From the IMG/VR virus record IMGVR_UViG_3300032116_000033, positions 32,001 to 96,000 of that record: a stretch of 64,000 nt of DNA; one strand, 5' to 3'. The notes below the pieces were generated by a model. That model saw only the letters and a program-made list of their open reading frames with translations, had not been told where the DNA came from and ran no database searches. The position numbers and the translations under genes were made by a program. Below are positions 8,295 through 17,524 of this stretch, in pieces. Origin of the DNA: a virus. Numbering within the stretch: position 1 is the first letter of the stretch; every line of letters starts with the position of its first letter.

Positions 8295-10826
8295 TGCAAT
8301 GGACCACACGTGCCGCTGGTCGTGGTGGACGAGATTGATACAGTATCAGGCGAGGGGCTTAGAGCCTACAAAGAAATCTCCGGTATGCTCGACTCCAAGC
8401 GCGGCCGTAAGCCGCTGCGCGTGGGCATATCGACCAGAAAGTCGCGATACGGTCTCATGAACCAAGCCATCGAGAACGCCGAGAAGCAGGGCAGACATGT
8501 TCGTCGCTGGACCGCATTTGAGTTCACCGAGCGATGCCCAGACTCACGATCTGGAACGCAGCGCCAAGAATACTACATCGATCAGCAGTCGTTCGACGTG
8601 AGATCTCCGTCAGAGTTCGAGAAGCTCGGCGAGCAGAGGAAGAAAGAGTACGAGAGATACGAGATGTACATAGGCTGCGGGAAATGCCCACTCGCTCCTA
8701 TATGCCTCGGCGACGCCAAGAATCAAGTCTCAGAATCGCCGATGCTCAAGTCTATAGACGAGCTCGCGCAGAAGGTCTTGTCAGAGGGTCCTGACTGGGC
8801 GATGTCCCAGCTGATGAATCTAAAGCCGTCGGTCGAGGGGATCATCTACAAAGAGTTCGACGAGCGCATGCACGTCAAGACCTGGAACCAGATGTGGTTG
8901 TCGCTGACCGGAAAAGAGTTTCCTGGCGAGTGCAACCACGATATATTCGTCAAGAAATGCTTCAGTGACGACACTGAGGTTTTGACGAACAACGGCTTTA
9001 AGCTTTTTAAAGATCTTACTGAGTATGACACTCTAGCCACCCTAGACAACGGTGGTGTGTTAAACTACCAGAAACCGATAGAGCACATCTCGTATCACTA
9101 TAAGGGAAAGATGGTAAACCTTTACAATGAGATAGGCGGAGGCAAGCACCATCTCGACCTTCTGGTTACTCCCAACCACGATGTCGAGTACCTTCACGGT
9201 AGAAACTTCAGAAAGAAGCAAGAGATAAAGCTTTTGAAGCAGCGAGCAGACTCTCTTGACGAGCTGAACGATTTTTACATACCGGCTACCTGGCTTTCCG
9301 GCTCTACAGCAAACAACATGGACATAAAATCTCCTATAAGCTTCATGACCGGCGATCAGTTTATGGCCTTCATGGGGCTTTGGCTGAGCGAAGGCTCTAT
9401 GAGTTCGACAAGAGCAAACGACGAGTGGGGGCACAACAAGGTAGAGGTTTCTCAGTCTAAGAGCAGAGACGCCTCTGACAAGGTTGAGCGGCTTATGGCA
9501 TCGATAGCTTGGCCCAACAAGCTTCACAGAGAGTCTGATGCTCGGGATCAGGTTGACTATACGACAAACTGGTCCGTATACAACAAAGAACTATATAATT
9601 ACTTAAAGCCTTTAAAGTTTGCCGTCAACAAGTTGATATCTAGGAACATACTTGAACAAGCTTCCCGCAGGCAGCTATCGATCCTTTTGGAGTGGCTATG
9701 CTTCGGGGACGGCTCGTACATGTTCGACGGATCAAGGCAACAGCCTTATTATTCAACAGGCTCTGAGCAGCTTGCCAACGATGTTCAAGAGCTATGCTTT
9801 AGATTGGGATATAAGAGTTCTCTTTCAATGCAGGGTAATCAAGGCAAAACGCACAAGAACACAGGGACTGAGTACCTAAGACGTTTTAGAGTTAATTTTC
9901 ACTTTAAGACAAACAACAAGCCAGCAGATCGTTCGTACTACATCAACAACGGAACCAACAAGAGCGAATATTCTAATAAAACACAAGGAAACATAGGTGA
10001 AGTAGACTACGATGGAATGGTCTATTGTGTAACGATGCCCTCGTCTAGGTTATTTGTTCGCCGCAACGGAGTAATATCGCTGAGCGGCAACTGTCACAAC
10101 ATGGGTCTTCCAGCGTACGCCGGCATCGACTGGGGATGGTCAAACCCGCACACGCTCGTGGTATTTTTCGTGGACGCAAAAGAGAACATATACGTCGTAA
10201 GATGCGACGGCATGACGTATATATCAAGGCCCACGTGGATGCACCACATCAAGAACAAGTGGCATCAGCCATACCGTATCCAACTCTACTTTCCTGACCA
10301 AGCGGATCCTGGTGACGCAGTAGAGATGAGGAAGCTTGGCCTTCCGACTTCGACAAACACAGACAAGGGCAACATCAACACCGGCATACAGATCATAAAG
10401 AAGTGGCTTAAGATTCCAGGCACTGCCGAGTCTAAGCTTTTCATTGCTCAGGAGACATGTCAGGCTCTGATAAGGGAGTTCCAGCTCTACCACTACAAAA
10501 CCGATGCCGCTGGCCAGATATCAGACACTCCAGACAGCGAGCACGATCACTGGCTGGATGCTTTACGATACCCGCTGACGAACCTTTTCGGCAAGAACCA
10601 GATCGTGCTTTCATCTGCCGGTTTGGACGTCGATATGGCAAAACTGGTTGATAACAATGGAAATTTCTTCAAGGCGCCCACTCCAGAAGAGTACGCGAAA
10701 CTCAACAACCTGCCGTTTAATCCAGAGGTTAATGCCGATAAGCTTGGTAAAATAGGAAGGCTGTCTGAGATCGATGACGAGGAAGACGATAAGTCTGTAG
10801 ACGGTGGATTTCTTTGGACGTTTTGA
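8163..10826 (+). CDS. terL: terminase large subunit, C-terminal fragment (C-half of the split intein, Walker B, cis-intein, nuclease domain)
   Basis: Walker B VVVDEID, coupling motif ISTR, RNase H-like nuclease GIDWGWSNP and DHWLDALRY; SD GAGGT before ATG 8163. Confidence 0.9.
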   Translation: MAKVTKIERTGIKQIAKLEVRSSDDPTNPMSNSFVTADGTINHNCNGPHVPLVVVDEIDTVSGEGLRAYKEISGMLDSKRGRKPLRVGISTRKSRYGLMNQAIENAEKQGRHVRRWTAFEFTERCPDSRSGTQRQEYYIDQQSFDVRSPSEFEKLGEQRKKEYERYEMYIGCGKCPLAPICLGDAKNQVSESPMLKSIDELAQKVLSEGPDWAMSQLMNLKPSVEGIIYKEFDERMHVKTWNQMWLSLTGKEFPGECNHDIFVKKCFSDDTEVLTNNGFKLFKDLTEYDTLATLDNGGVLNYQKPIEHISYHYKGKMVNLYNEIGGGKHHLDLLVTPNHDVEYLHGRNFRKKQEIKLLKQRADSLDELNDFYIPATWLSGSTANNMDIKSPISFMTGDQFMAFMGLWLSEGSMSSTRANDEWGHNKVEVSQSKSRDASDKVERLMASIAWPNKLHRESDARDQVDYTTNWSVYNKELYNYLKPLKFAVNKLISRNILEQASRRQLSILLEWLCFGDGSYMFDGSRQQPYYSTGSEQLANDVQELCFRLGYKSSLSMQGNQGKTHKNTGTEYLRRFRVNFHFKTNNKPADRSYYINNGTNKSEYSNKTQGNIGEVDYDGMVYCVTMPSSRLFVRRNGVISLSGNCHNMGLPAYAGIDWGWSNPHTLVVFFVDAKENIYVVRCDGMTYISRPTWMHHIKNKWHQPYRIQLYFPDQADPGDAVEMRKLGLPTSTNTDKGNINTGIQIIKKWLKIPGTAESKLFIAQETCQALIREFQLYHYKTDAAGQISDTPDSEHDHWLDALRYPLTNLFGKNQIVLSSAGLDVDMAKLVDNNGNFFKAPTPEEYAKLNNLPFNPEVNADKLGKIGRLSEIDDEEDDKSVDGGFLWTF
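8958..10091 (+). mobile_element. cis-splicing intein with LAGLIDADG endonuclease (378 aa)
   Basis: CFSDDTEVLT, block B VTPNH, FMGLWLSEG and LEWLCFGDG, ends VYCVTMP...RRNGVISLSGN|C. Confidence 0.92.
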
Positions 10827-10865
10827 TAAGTATAATAAATAAAAGCGCATATTATTGGAGACTTT

Positions 10866-12785
10866 ATGTCTTGGATTGAAGATATCAAGAAAGCGGTTAC
10901 CGACTCGATTCGCAAGGACATAGAGGACTTAACAAAAGTCGACGCAGACGACGCGCCAGACAAATCCCAAAGTCAGCCGGGCACCGGCGAGCTCGTAGGC
11001 GCCAAGGCCATACTGACCGACCCGTTCTACGACCACGCGGTCCACAACTACTTTCTCTCAAAGAGCAGGGTCTCTCGCATATCTAACAGAACCCTGCGCG
11101 AGATATCGATGCGCGACTGGCTCGTGAACACGATCCTTCAGATCCGCTGCGATACGGTCCTGAGGTTCTCTCGCCCCCAGCACAAGCGCTTCGACATGGG
11201 ATACAAGTTCGTCAAGACAGACCACTCGGCCATGTCTCAGGAAGACATCGACAACATCCGCATGCTGGAAGACTTCGTCTACCACTGCGGTCGCATAGAC
11301 GGAACGCCTCGCGGCGAGGAGATGCTCTTCGGCGAGTTCGTCAAGCTCATCGTGTGGGACGCGCTCTGCTTCGGCCACATCGCGTGCGAGAAGGTCCTGA
11401 CCAGGAAAGGCGGCCTTCACAGGTTCCGTCCCCTGCCCGCGGAGACGGTCTACAAGGTAAACCCCAACATCAACCGAGCCACGGTAGAGGGCCAGGCCAA
11501 GGTCGCCGTAGACCTGTATCACAAGAAAAGATCCGACAACGACTCGTCTAACCGCGGCCACGTAAACACGCCCGAGATCGAGTACTTCAAGTACGTCCAG
11601 CAGTCGGTCGACAACCGAGTCCTCAACGTCTTCGGCGACGAGGACATGATCTTCAAGCTGTTCAATCCCAAGAACTTTGCAGACTCGAACGGTTACGCCA
11701 TATCCATGGTCGAGCAGTCGGTGATAATGATCACGAACCACCTTAACGTGGAATCATACAATGCGAACTACTTCACCCATGGCTACGCTGCACGAGGAAT
11801 ACTACACCTTAAGGGCACGGTTACTCAGAACACTCTTGCATCTTTCCGTCGTCAGTTCTACAACACTATATCAGGATCCAACAATGCTTGGCGGACGCCT
11901 ATAGTCGCCGGCCTAGACGACGTGCAGTGGATACCGATGTCTGGTTCGGCCAAGGAGATGGAGTACATCAACTTCAACTCCCACATCATGCGAAGCATAT
12001 GCGCGCAGTTCCAGATCGACCCCATCGAGGTCGGCCTCGACTACCTTACCACGGCGAACGGTCGCGCGGCCTCTCAGGCCAAAGAGTCAGGCCAGTTCAA
12101 GATCACGTACTCTCGCGAGCGTGGTCTGCTGCCGATACTGTTCTTCATCGAGGACCTGATAAACCAAGATGTCGTTCCTGCGCTGGACAAAACGCTGGCA
12201 GAGCGCTATAAGTTCAAGTTCGTAGGCTACACGGACGATACACCTCAGACAGATATATCGCTCAGACAAGCGCAGCAGACAGTTTTTGCTTCTATGAACG
12301 ATCTTCTGAAAAATGAAGACAAAAAACCCCTTAGTCATCCAATTGCAGATCTTCCTCTTAATCAGTCGTTCTGGACTCTTGTAGACAAGATGATGACCAA
12401 GGGAGAGCAACGTGAGTTCTTTCTGGGTGATACTGGAGCAACAAATAGAAATGAATTAAAATATCTACCAGGCGATCCTATGTTCCTTCAATTTCAAAAT
12501 CTGCTTATGACAAAGCAGGCCCATAAAGAAGCAAAAGATCAACAGCAGCAACAGATGGAAATGCAGCAGCAACAGCTTCAGTCTCAGCAAGATGTCGTCG
12601 ATGGTCAGGCTGAAAGACAAAAACAAGCAGATGCTCAGGCAGCGGTTCGGCAAAGCAAGCAAGAGTCTCCTGTACAGCAGCTTCAGGAATCCGCTAAGCA
12701 GTACGGCGCAACTCGAGCTGGAAGCGTAGAAGGCCAGGTCATGCGCAACCCGATAAACGCCGCCGCAGAAGCCGAAAAAGAGTGA
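10866..12785 (+). CDS. portal protein
   Basis: Follows TerL; NANYFTHGYAARGILHL, NAWRTPIV, KEMEY, ICAQFQIDPIEVG and SRERGLLP resemble SPO1/Twort-type portals. Confidence 0.88.
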   Translation: MSWIEDIKKAVTDSIRKDIEDLTKVDADDAPDKSQSQPGTGELVGAKAILTDPFYDHAVHNYFLSKSRVSRISNRTLREISMRDWLVNTILQIRCDTVLRFSRPQHKRFDMGYKFVKTDHSAMSQEDIDNIRMLEDFVYHCGRIDGTPRGEEMLFGEFVKLIVWDALCFGHIACEKVLTRKGGLHRFRPLPAETVYKVNPNINRATVEGQAKVAVDLYHKKRSDNDSSNRGHVNTPEIEYFKYVQQSVDNRVLNVFGDEDMIFKLFNPKNFADSNGYAISMVEQSVIMITNHLNVESYNANYFTHGYAARGILHLKGTVTQNTLASFRRQFYNTISGSNNAWRTPIVAGLDDVQWIPMSGSAKEMEYINFNSHIMRSICAQFQIDPIEVGLDYLTTANGRAASQAKESGQFKITYSRERGLLPILFFIEDLINQDVVPALDKTLAERYKFKFVGYTDDTPQTDISLRQAQQTVFASMNDLLKNEDKKPLSHPIADLPLNQSFWTLVDKMMTKGEQREFFLGDTGATNRNELKYLPGDPMFLQFQNLLMTKQAHKEAKDQQQQQMEMQQQQLQSQQDVVDGQAERQKQADAQAAVRQSKQESPVQQLQESAKQYGATRAGSVEGQVMRNPINAAAEAEKE

Positions 12786-12794
12786 CATCTCAAA

Positions 12795-12839
12795 CATATA
12801 GATCCCATGTGTATAATATGATGCATGGAGGTCTATATG
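12795..12839 (+). promoter_or_regulatory. hairpin with TATAAT in the loop and SD+ATG in the 3' arm
   Basis: CATATAGATC-CCATG pairs with CATGG-A-GGTCTATATG; TATAAT at 12812. Confidence 0.65.
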
Positions 12840-13655
12840 GCTCTGATCATAATCGAAGGCATCGATCGTTCGGGCAAGAGTACGCTTGCGAAAGCATATG
12901 AGGCCCAAGGCTACCGCTACATTCATTTCTCCGCTCCTGATAAAAAATACTACCAGCCAGGCTACACTGGGCCATCATATCTTGACGATATGATCGATAC
13001 CCTAGTGTCATTGTCTGGGCAAGATGTCGTACTAGACAGATCGCACTACGGTGAGTGCGTGTGGCCTTACGTATACCGGCGAAATCCGCTACTCTCAGAC
13101 GACGATCTAGAGATCCTTCGCGAGATCGAGCAGCAGAACGACGTCACCCGCATCCTGATGTACGATGACAACATCGAGGCGCACTGGAAAAGGTGCGTCG
13201 ACAACAACGAGCCCCTGACGCGAACAGACTTTGATTCTGCCATTCAGCTCTACGATGCGCTTGCCTATAAGTACGGTTTCGTAAAACTGACTAAGCAAGA
13301 CATCGCCCCGATACTCAATGAAGCCAAGACGTCAACACCCGAGAAGGTAGAAGATATGGCACAGGCACAGGAAAAACTTCCAGAGTCAAACGTCGTGAAG
13401 ATAGACACTACATCCAAGCTAACGCCAGAGCAGCTCAAGCTGCAGCAAGCCAACGCGATCAACGATATCCTGTCGTCAAGGATCATCAAGCGCAAGGGCA
13501 ACGAGTACGAGATCATCGAGAACAAGATCAGAGAGTTCTTGAACGTAGAGCTGGCCCAGCTGCTGGGTACCGGCAGATCCGTTCCTCAGCTGTCTACAGA
13601 AGACATCGCCATACTTAAGGCACTAGCAGACCGAGTCCGCGAGAAGCGAGCTTGA
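12837..13655 (+). CDS. thymidylate/dNMP kinase-like P-loop protein with C-terminal extension
   Basis: IIIEGIDRSGKST and VVLDRSH motifs; SD GGAGG before ATG 12837. Confidence 0.8.
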   Translation: MALIIIEGIDRSGKSTLAKAYEAQGYRYIHFSAPDKKYYQPGYTGPSYLDDMIDTLVSLSGQDVVLDRSHYGECVWPYVYRRNPLLSDDDLEILREIEQQNDVTRILMYDDNIEAHWKRCVDNNEPLTRTDFDSAIQLYDALAYKYGFVKLTKQDIAPILNEAKTSTPEKVEDMAQAQEKLPESNVVKIDTTSKLTPEQLKLQQANAINDILSSRIIKRKGNEYEIIENKIREFLNVELAQLLGTGRSVPQLSTEDIAILKALADRVREKRA

Positions 13656-13674
13656 TCAACATAAACCGGGAGGC

Positions 13675-14259
13675 ATGATGAGAATTATGGACCACAAGAA
13701 CAAGAAACGAGTAGTGAGCACCTCGGAGAGACTCGAAGCCCTCGAGAAAGAGGCCACGAACCTTTCCTTGGCCATCAGAGTAAATCAGGCGCTGATGAAG
13801 CAGCTGATGGAGCAGCTCCGCCCGATGCAGGACGATCTTACCCGCTTCTACGGGGCGCTGAACGACACCCAGTACAAGCTAAACGCGATCGTCTCTACGC
13901 TGAACGTAGACAAGACCCTACTAGCAAAAGAGGCAGACAGGTTCAAGCTCGAGGACTGGCAGTCGGCGTCGGACCGAGACGACACCGCTCGCGGACTGGA
14001 AGCCGCCACGGTCGTGTCCTCTCCTGAGGACATCGTCATCATCACGTCGACGACGCCCGACGAGCCCGAAGACAGAGGCATCTTCAGGTCAAAGACCGCG
14101 CTGAGCGAGATCTCTAACAAGGACATCGTGGACGGTTTCCTGGGCAAGTCCGTCGGCCACACGGTCGAGACGAGCATCAACGGATCACGCCACATCGTAG
14201 AGCTTATCGGTGTCAGGTCGGCACCTAAGGCAACAACCCAGCAAGCAGAGGCACAGTGA
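13675..14259 (+). CDS. coiled-coil protein with a GreA/GreB-like C-terminal domain
   Basis: N-terminal heptads; C-terminal GFLGKSVGHTVETSINGSRHIVELIGV. Confidence 0.4.
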   Translation: MMRIMDHKNKKRVVSTSERLEALEKEATNLSLAIRVNQALMKQLMEQLRPMQDDLTRFYGALNDTQYKLNAIVSTLNVDKTLLAKEADRFKLEDWQSASDRDDTARGLEAATVVSSPEDIVIITSTTPDEPEDRGIFRSKTALSEISNKDIVDGFLGKSVGHTVETSINGSRHIVELIGVRSAPKATTQQAEAQ

Positions 14260-14462
14260 TGAAAGTAGATCTAAAAGTTTTACTGCGATACGCGTCGGCG
14301 ACGATCCTGGCCCTGGTGGTCGGGTTCCTGCTAGGAGACGAGGTCCTTAACCGATTAGACCGCCACGTCTACCGCGACCGCTGCGTAGACATGCACGTTC
14401 AGACCATGGGTGCAGAAGCCCTGCCGCTGATCGAGATGAAGTGCCACCAGCTCTTTCCCTGA
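14256..14462 (+). CDS. small membrane protein
   Basis: Hydrophobic stretch ATILALVVGFLLG; coupled start. Confidence 0.5.
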   Translation: MMKVDLKVLLRYASATILALVVGFLLGDEVLNRLDRHVYRDRCVDMHVQTMGAEALPLIEMKCHQLFP

Positions 14463-14474
14463 TAGGCTTCAAAG

Positions 14475-14639
14475 ATGTCTGACGAAGAGAACCTCTTCAA
14501 CCTAGACGACTACCGACGCATATGGTGCGTCGGTTTTCTCGAATGCCGATCCTGCCGCCATCAGCAGATAACAATATGGAAAACAGGAACAAAGACGCTG
14601 GAGTGCCCGTGCTGCGGGGGTCCGATAGACCTTTCGTGA
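14475..14639 (+). CDS. small zinc-ribbon protein
   Basis: MSDEENLF...ECRSCRH...ECPCCGG (54 aa, read manually). Confidence 0.5.
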   Translation: MSDEENLFNLDDYRRIWCVGFLECRSCRHQQITIWKTGTKTLECPCCGGPIDLS

Positions 14640-14688
14640 GTATAACTTTGCTGACTGCGCAAAAAAGCAGACGTAAAGTGAGGATTCA

Positions 14689-15339
14689 GTGGGCGATCTA
14701 GAATTTAATCAGCAATGCACATGCGGACAGCCTGTATCTCATAAAAGATATAGGCTGTGTAGCAATTGCTATAAAGATAAAAGAAAACAAGATTGGAAAA
14801 TAAACGAACAAATTCGTAGAGCAAATGATCCAGATAGAGTTCGCAAAATATCGGAAGCAAAATCAAATAAATATAAAGAACTTAAGGTCCTTAGACCTAA
14901 AGTGCCTAAAAAATGTGCATGCGGAAACGTTGCTCTAAAAGGATCTAGGCGTGTATTGTGTGAAACCTGCTCGAAAGAAAATAGAAGAACTAAGAAAATA
15001 AAATATCAAAACAATAGAAAGAAAACTCACACACCCTCAAAGATTCGTGAAAATATTAAAAGTAGACTCAAAAGAGCATTAAAAAGCAATAAGTCTATGT
15101 CTATTGTTGAATACTTAGGTTGCTCTATGGATTTTTATATAAAATACTTAGAATCTAAATTCTTACCCGGCATGACTTGGGAAAACTATGGTATAAATGG
15201 ATGGCACATAGATCATATAATTCCATTAAGTACAGATTATAGTAATTTAGATTTGCATAACTATAAGAATACTCAGCCTATTTGGGAAAACGACCACTTA
15301 TTAAAAACCTCACAAGAAAACAAAAGAGAGGGAACTTAA
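14689..15339 (+). CDS. HNH endonuclease (AT-rich)
   Basis: YLGCS...PGMTWENYGINGWHIDHIIP...YKNTQPIW. Confidence 0.85.
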   Translation: MGDLEFNQQCTCGQPVSHKRYRLCSNCYKDKRKQDWKINEQIRRANDPDRVRKISEAKSNKYKELKVLRPKVPKKCACGNVALKGSRRVLCETCSKENRRTKKIKYQNNRKKTHTPSKIRENIKSRLKRALKSNKSMSIVEYLGCSMDFYIKYLESKFLPGMTWENYGINGWHIDHIIPLSTDYSNLDLHNYKNTQPIWENDHLLKTSQENKREGT

Positions 15340-15340
15340 A

Positions 15341-15754
15341 GTGGGTGATCTGGACAAAAGATTCAAGGCCAGATGCCCGAGGCAGCTTAAGGCGCTGCCG
15401 GACACGTGGTGCCCTTTGGCCGTGCTTAGGCTGAAGACCATAAAGGCACTTGGTCGTGAACCCACAGAAGACGAAGAGGCAAGGATGCCGGGCTGCCCCT
15501 GGGCCATCGCGCACCAACTTTCAGGATACTGCTGGTTCAAGTACGAGGCCCACTTCATGTACGACTCACCCTCGTCCGACCTCGACATCGCCGCGCTCCT
15601 GCAGATCTCCGTAGACACCGTCAAGAAAACATCAGAGAAATCAATCGCTAAGCTTCAAGACAAGACCAGCGTGGCAGAGCTGAAGTCATTGTTCAACGAC
15701 GAGAGCGTCATAGAGGACTCATCGATAAGCGACGACAGCATATACTGCGAGTAG
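15341..15754 (+). CDS. Cys-rich protein with a sigma region 4-like HTH
   Basis: DLDIAALLQISVDTVKKTSEKSIAKL. Confidence 0.45.
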   Translation: MGDLDKRFKARCPRQLKALPDTWCPLAVLRLKTIKALGREPTEDEEARMPGCPWAIAHQLSGYCWFKYEAHFMYDSPSSDLDIAALLQISVDTVKKTSEKSIAKLQDKTSVAELKSLFNDESVIEDSSISDDSIYCE

Positions 15755-15827
15755 CAGTGTCAGCGTAAGGCTTTGATATGGTATAATAAAGATGCCTATT
15801 TAGGCTATTTTTATTATTGAGGTGTAT

Positions 15828-16604
15828 ATGAGGAAAGCTTGGAACTACGTAGAGATAGAAGCTGGCACTAGATTTGGTCAACTGGTTGTCGTAGAAGAAA
15901 CAAGTACCGATCGTCAAAATAGACGCTTTAAATGCTTATGCGACTGCGGAAAAGAACACGAAACAAGCTATGCCTGCCTGCGATACGGCAAGTCTAAATC
16001 TTGCGGCTGCTTAAAAATAAGAGAAACAATAGAACGACACAACTCAACCCGCGGCTCTACTGTAGTCGGTCTTGCTAACGGTTCATGGGTGGTTTTCTCT
16101 TATTCTGGTCGCACGTACAATTGTCGCTGCGAAGTTTGCGGCAGCGAGAAAAGCTTCAACGAGTCATCCTTTAAGTGCGGCGGCATATCGTCGTGTTGTA
16201 GACCGGTCTCTAGGAATCATGTCTATTACAAAAGATCGCTGCGGACGTGCATCGGCATGGCTATAGGCAAGCAATATAAGAAAACTCAAAAATCCGCGGA
16301 TATGCTTGGTATGCCTATAGACGAAGTGCTTAAGCACATAGAGTCGCTGTGGCAGCCTGGCATGAGTTGGAAAAATAAAGGCAAACGTGGACCAGATGGC
16401 TGGGACATCGATCATATATGTCCTTGCTCTCAAGCGCAGAACGAAGAAGAGCTAATAAAGTTACAGCATTACACAAACTTGAGGCCGATGTGGGCGATCG
16501 ATAACAGGACTAAGAATGATTTTAAAACCCCAGAGGGAGAAGACATATGCCAAAAACTTCTGGGGCGAGAGTGGATAGATAAACCTAAGTGGTACAATCT
16601 ATAA
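15828..16604 (+). CDS. HNH endonuclease
   Basis: N-terminal GTRFGQLVV..CLCDCG..SCGC module; WDIDHICPCSQAQNEEELIKLQHYTNLRPMW; SD GAGGTG. Confidence 0.85.
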   Translation: MRKAWNYVEIEAGTRFGQLVVVEETSTDRQNRRFKCLCDCGKEHETSYACLRYGKSKSCGCLKIRETIERHNSTRGSTVVGLANGSWVVFSYSGRTYNCRCEVCGSEKSFNESSFKCGGISSCCRPVSRNHVYYKRSLRTCIGMAIGKQYKKTQKSADMLGMPIDEVLKHIESLWQPGMSWKNKGKRGPDGWDIDHICPCSQAQNEEELIKLQHYTNLRPMWAIDNRTKNDFKTPEGEDICQKLLGREWIDKPKWYNL

Positions 16605-16629
16605 AGATAGTAAGGTAGGGAGATCTATA

Positions 16630-17517
16630 GTGGCCACAAAATTTGATGCAGTTGCTGGATCCCAGCTACGAGATACACAAGGCGAGATCCTTGATGTTGG
16701 AGGCGCTGATATTTCAGAACTTGAAGCTGGTCGTGGCATAATAAATGATAACCATTCTAATAAGTTACCTGATGTAATCGGTCGTATTACTGGTGTAAAG
16801 AAGATCTTTGGTTTAGAAGACTGCGATACCGATCGTCACAGATACTACTGGAACAAGATAAAGGCACCGTATATCTACACAGAAGGTCTACTCTTCGACG
16901 ACGAAGACCATCGCTCTGCCAAAGCCGCTGCCGCTATAATCAAGCACCAGTTCAGAACTGATTCTCCGCTTAAGATGAAATGCTCGGTCGAAGGCGGCAT
17001 CGTCGAACGCGGCAAGAAGGACGAACGTATACTGGCCAGGACAAAGATCAGGGGGCTAGCGCTTACGTTTACGCCGGCAAACAACGCCACCCTAGTCGAA
17101 GGCCTAGACCTCGCTAAGTCTGCCCCAACGCTCGACGAGATCGACCTGATCAAATCCTACGCGCCGTATGCTACAGTCAACGTCCCGGCCCTTATCGACC
17201 TTTCCCAGAGGTCCTCGATCGCCAAGATCCGCGGCAACATCGAGAAGATCCACGACATAGTTGATGGCTTAAAAAAAAACAGTAGATTAGATAAAGCCCT
17301 AACCGCTGGTTACGGCGGAGCAGGATCGCCCACCAGCCTCACCGGGGGCGGAGTGTTTCAGACCGAGAGCGTAGAAGGATCAAGGACTTTCAAGTATATC
17401 GACTGCCCGGCTTGCGGAAAAGAGCAGCCGTACATGAAATACCAAGTGAAATGCCGATCCTGCGGCAAGAGTCTGCCGTTCGACACATTGGCAAAGTTCT
17501 TTATATCGCACAAGTGA
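16630..17517 (+). CDS. prohead (maturation) protease with a C-terminal MCP-like arm and zinc ribbon
   Basis: RDTQGEIL, INDNH, CSVEG and LALTFTPAN motifs; between portal and MCP. Confidence 0.82.
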   Translation: MATKFDAVAGSQLRDTQGEILDVGGADISELEAGRGIINDNHSNKLPDVIGRITGVKKIFGLEDCDTDRHRYYWNKIKAPYIYTEGLLFDDEDHRSAKAAAAIIKHQFRTDSPLKMKCSVEGGIVERGKKDERILARTKIRGLALTFTPANNATLVEGLDLAKSAPTLDEIDLIKSYAPYATVNVPALIDLSQRSSIAKIRGNIEKIHDIVDGLKKNSRLDKALTAGYGGAGSPTSLTGGGVFQTESVEGSRTFKYIDCPACGKEQPYMKYQVKCRSCGKSLPFDTLAKFFISHK

Positions 17518-17524
17518 TCATAGC

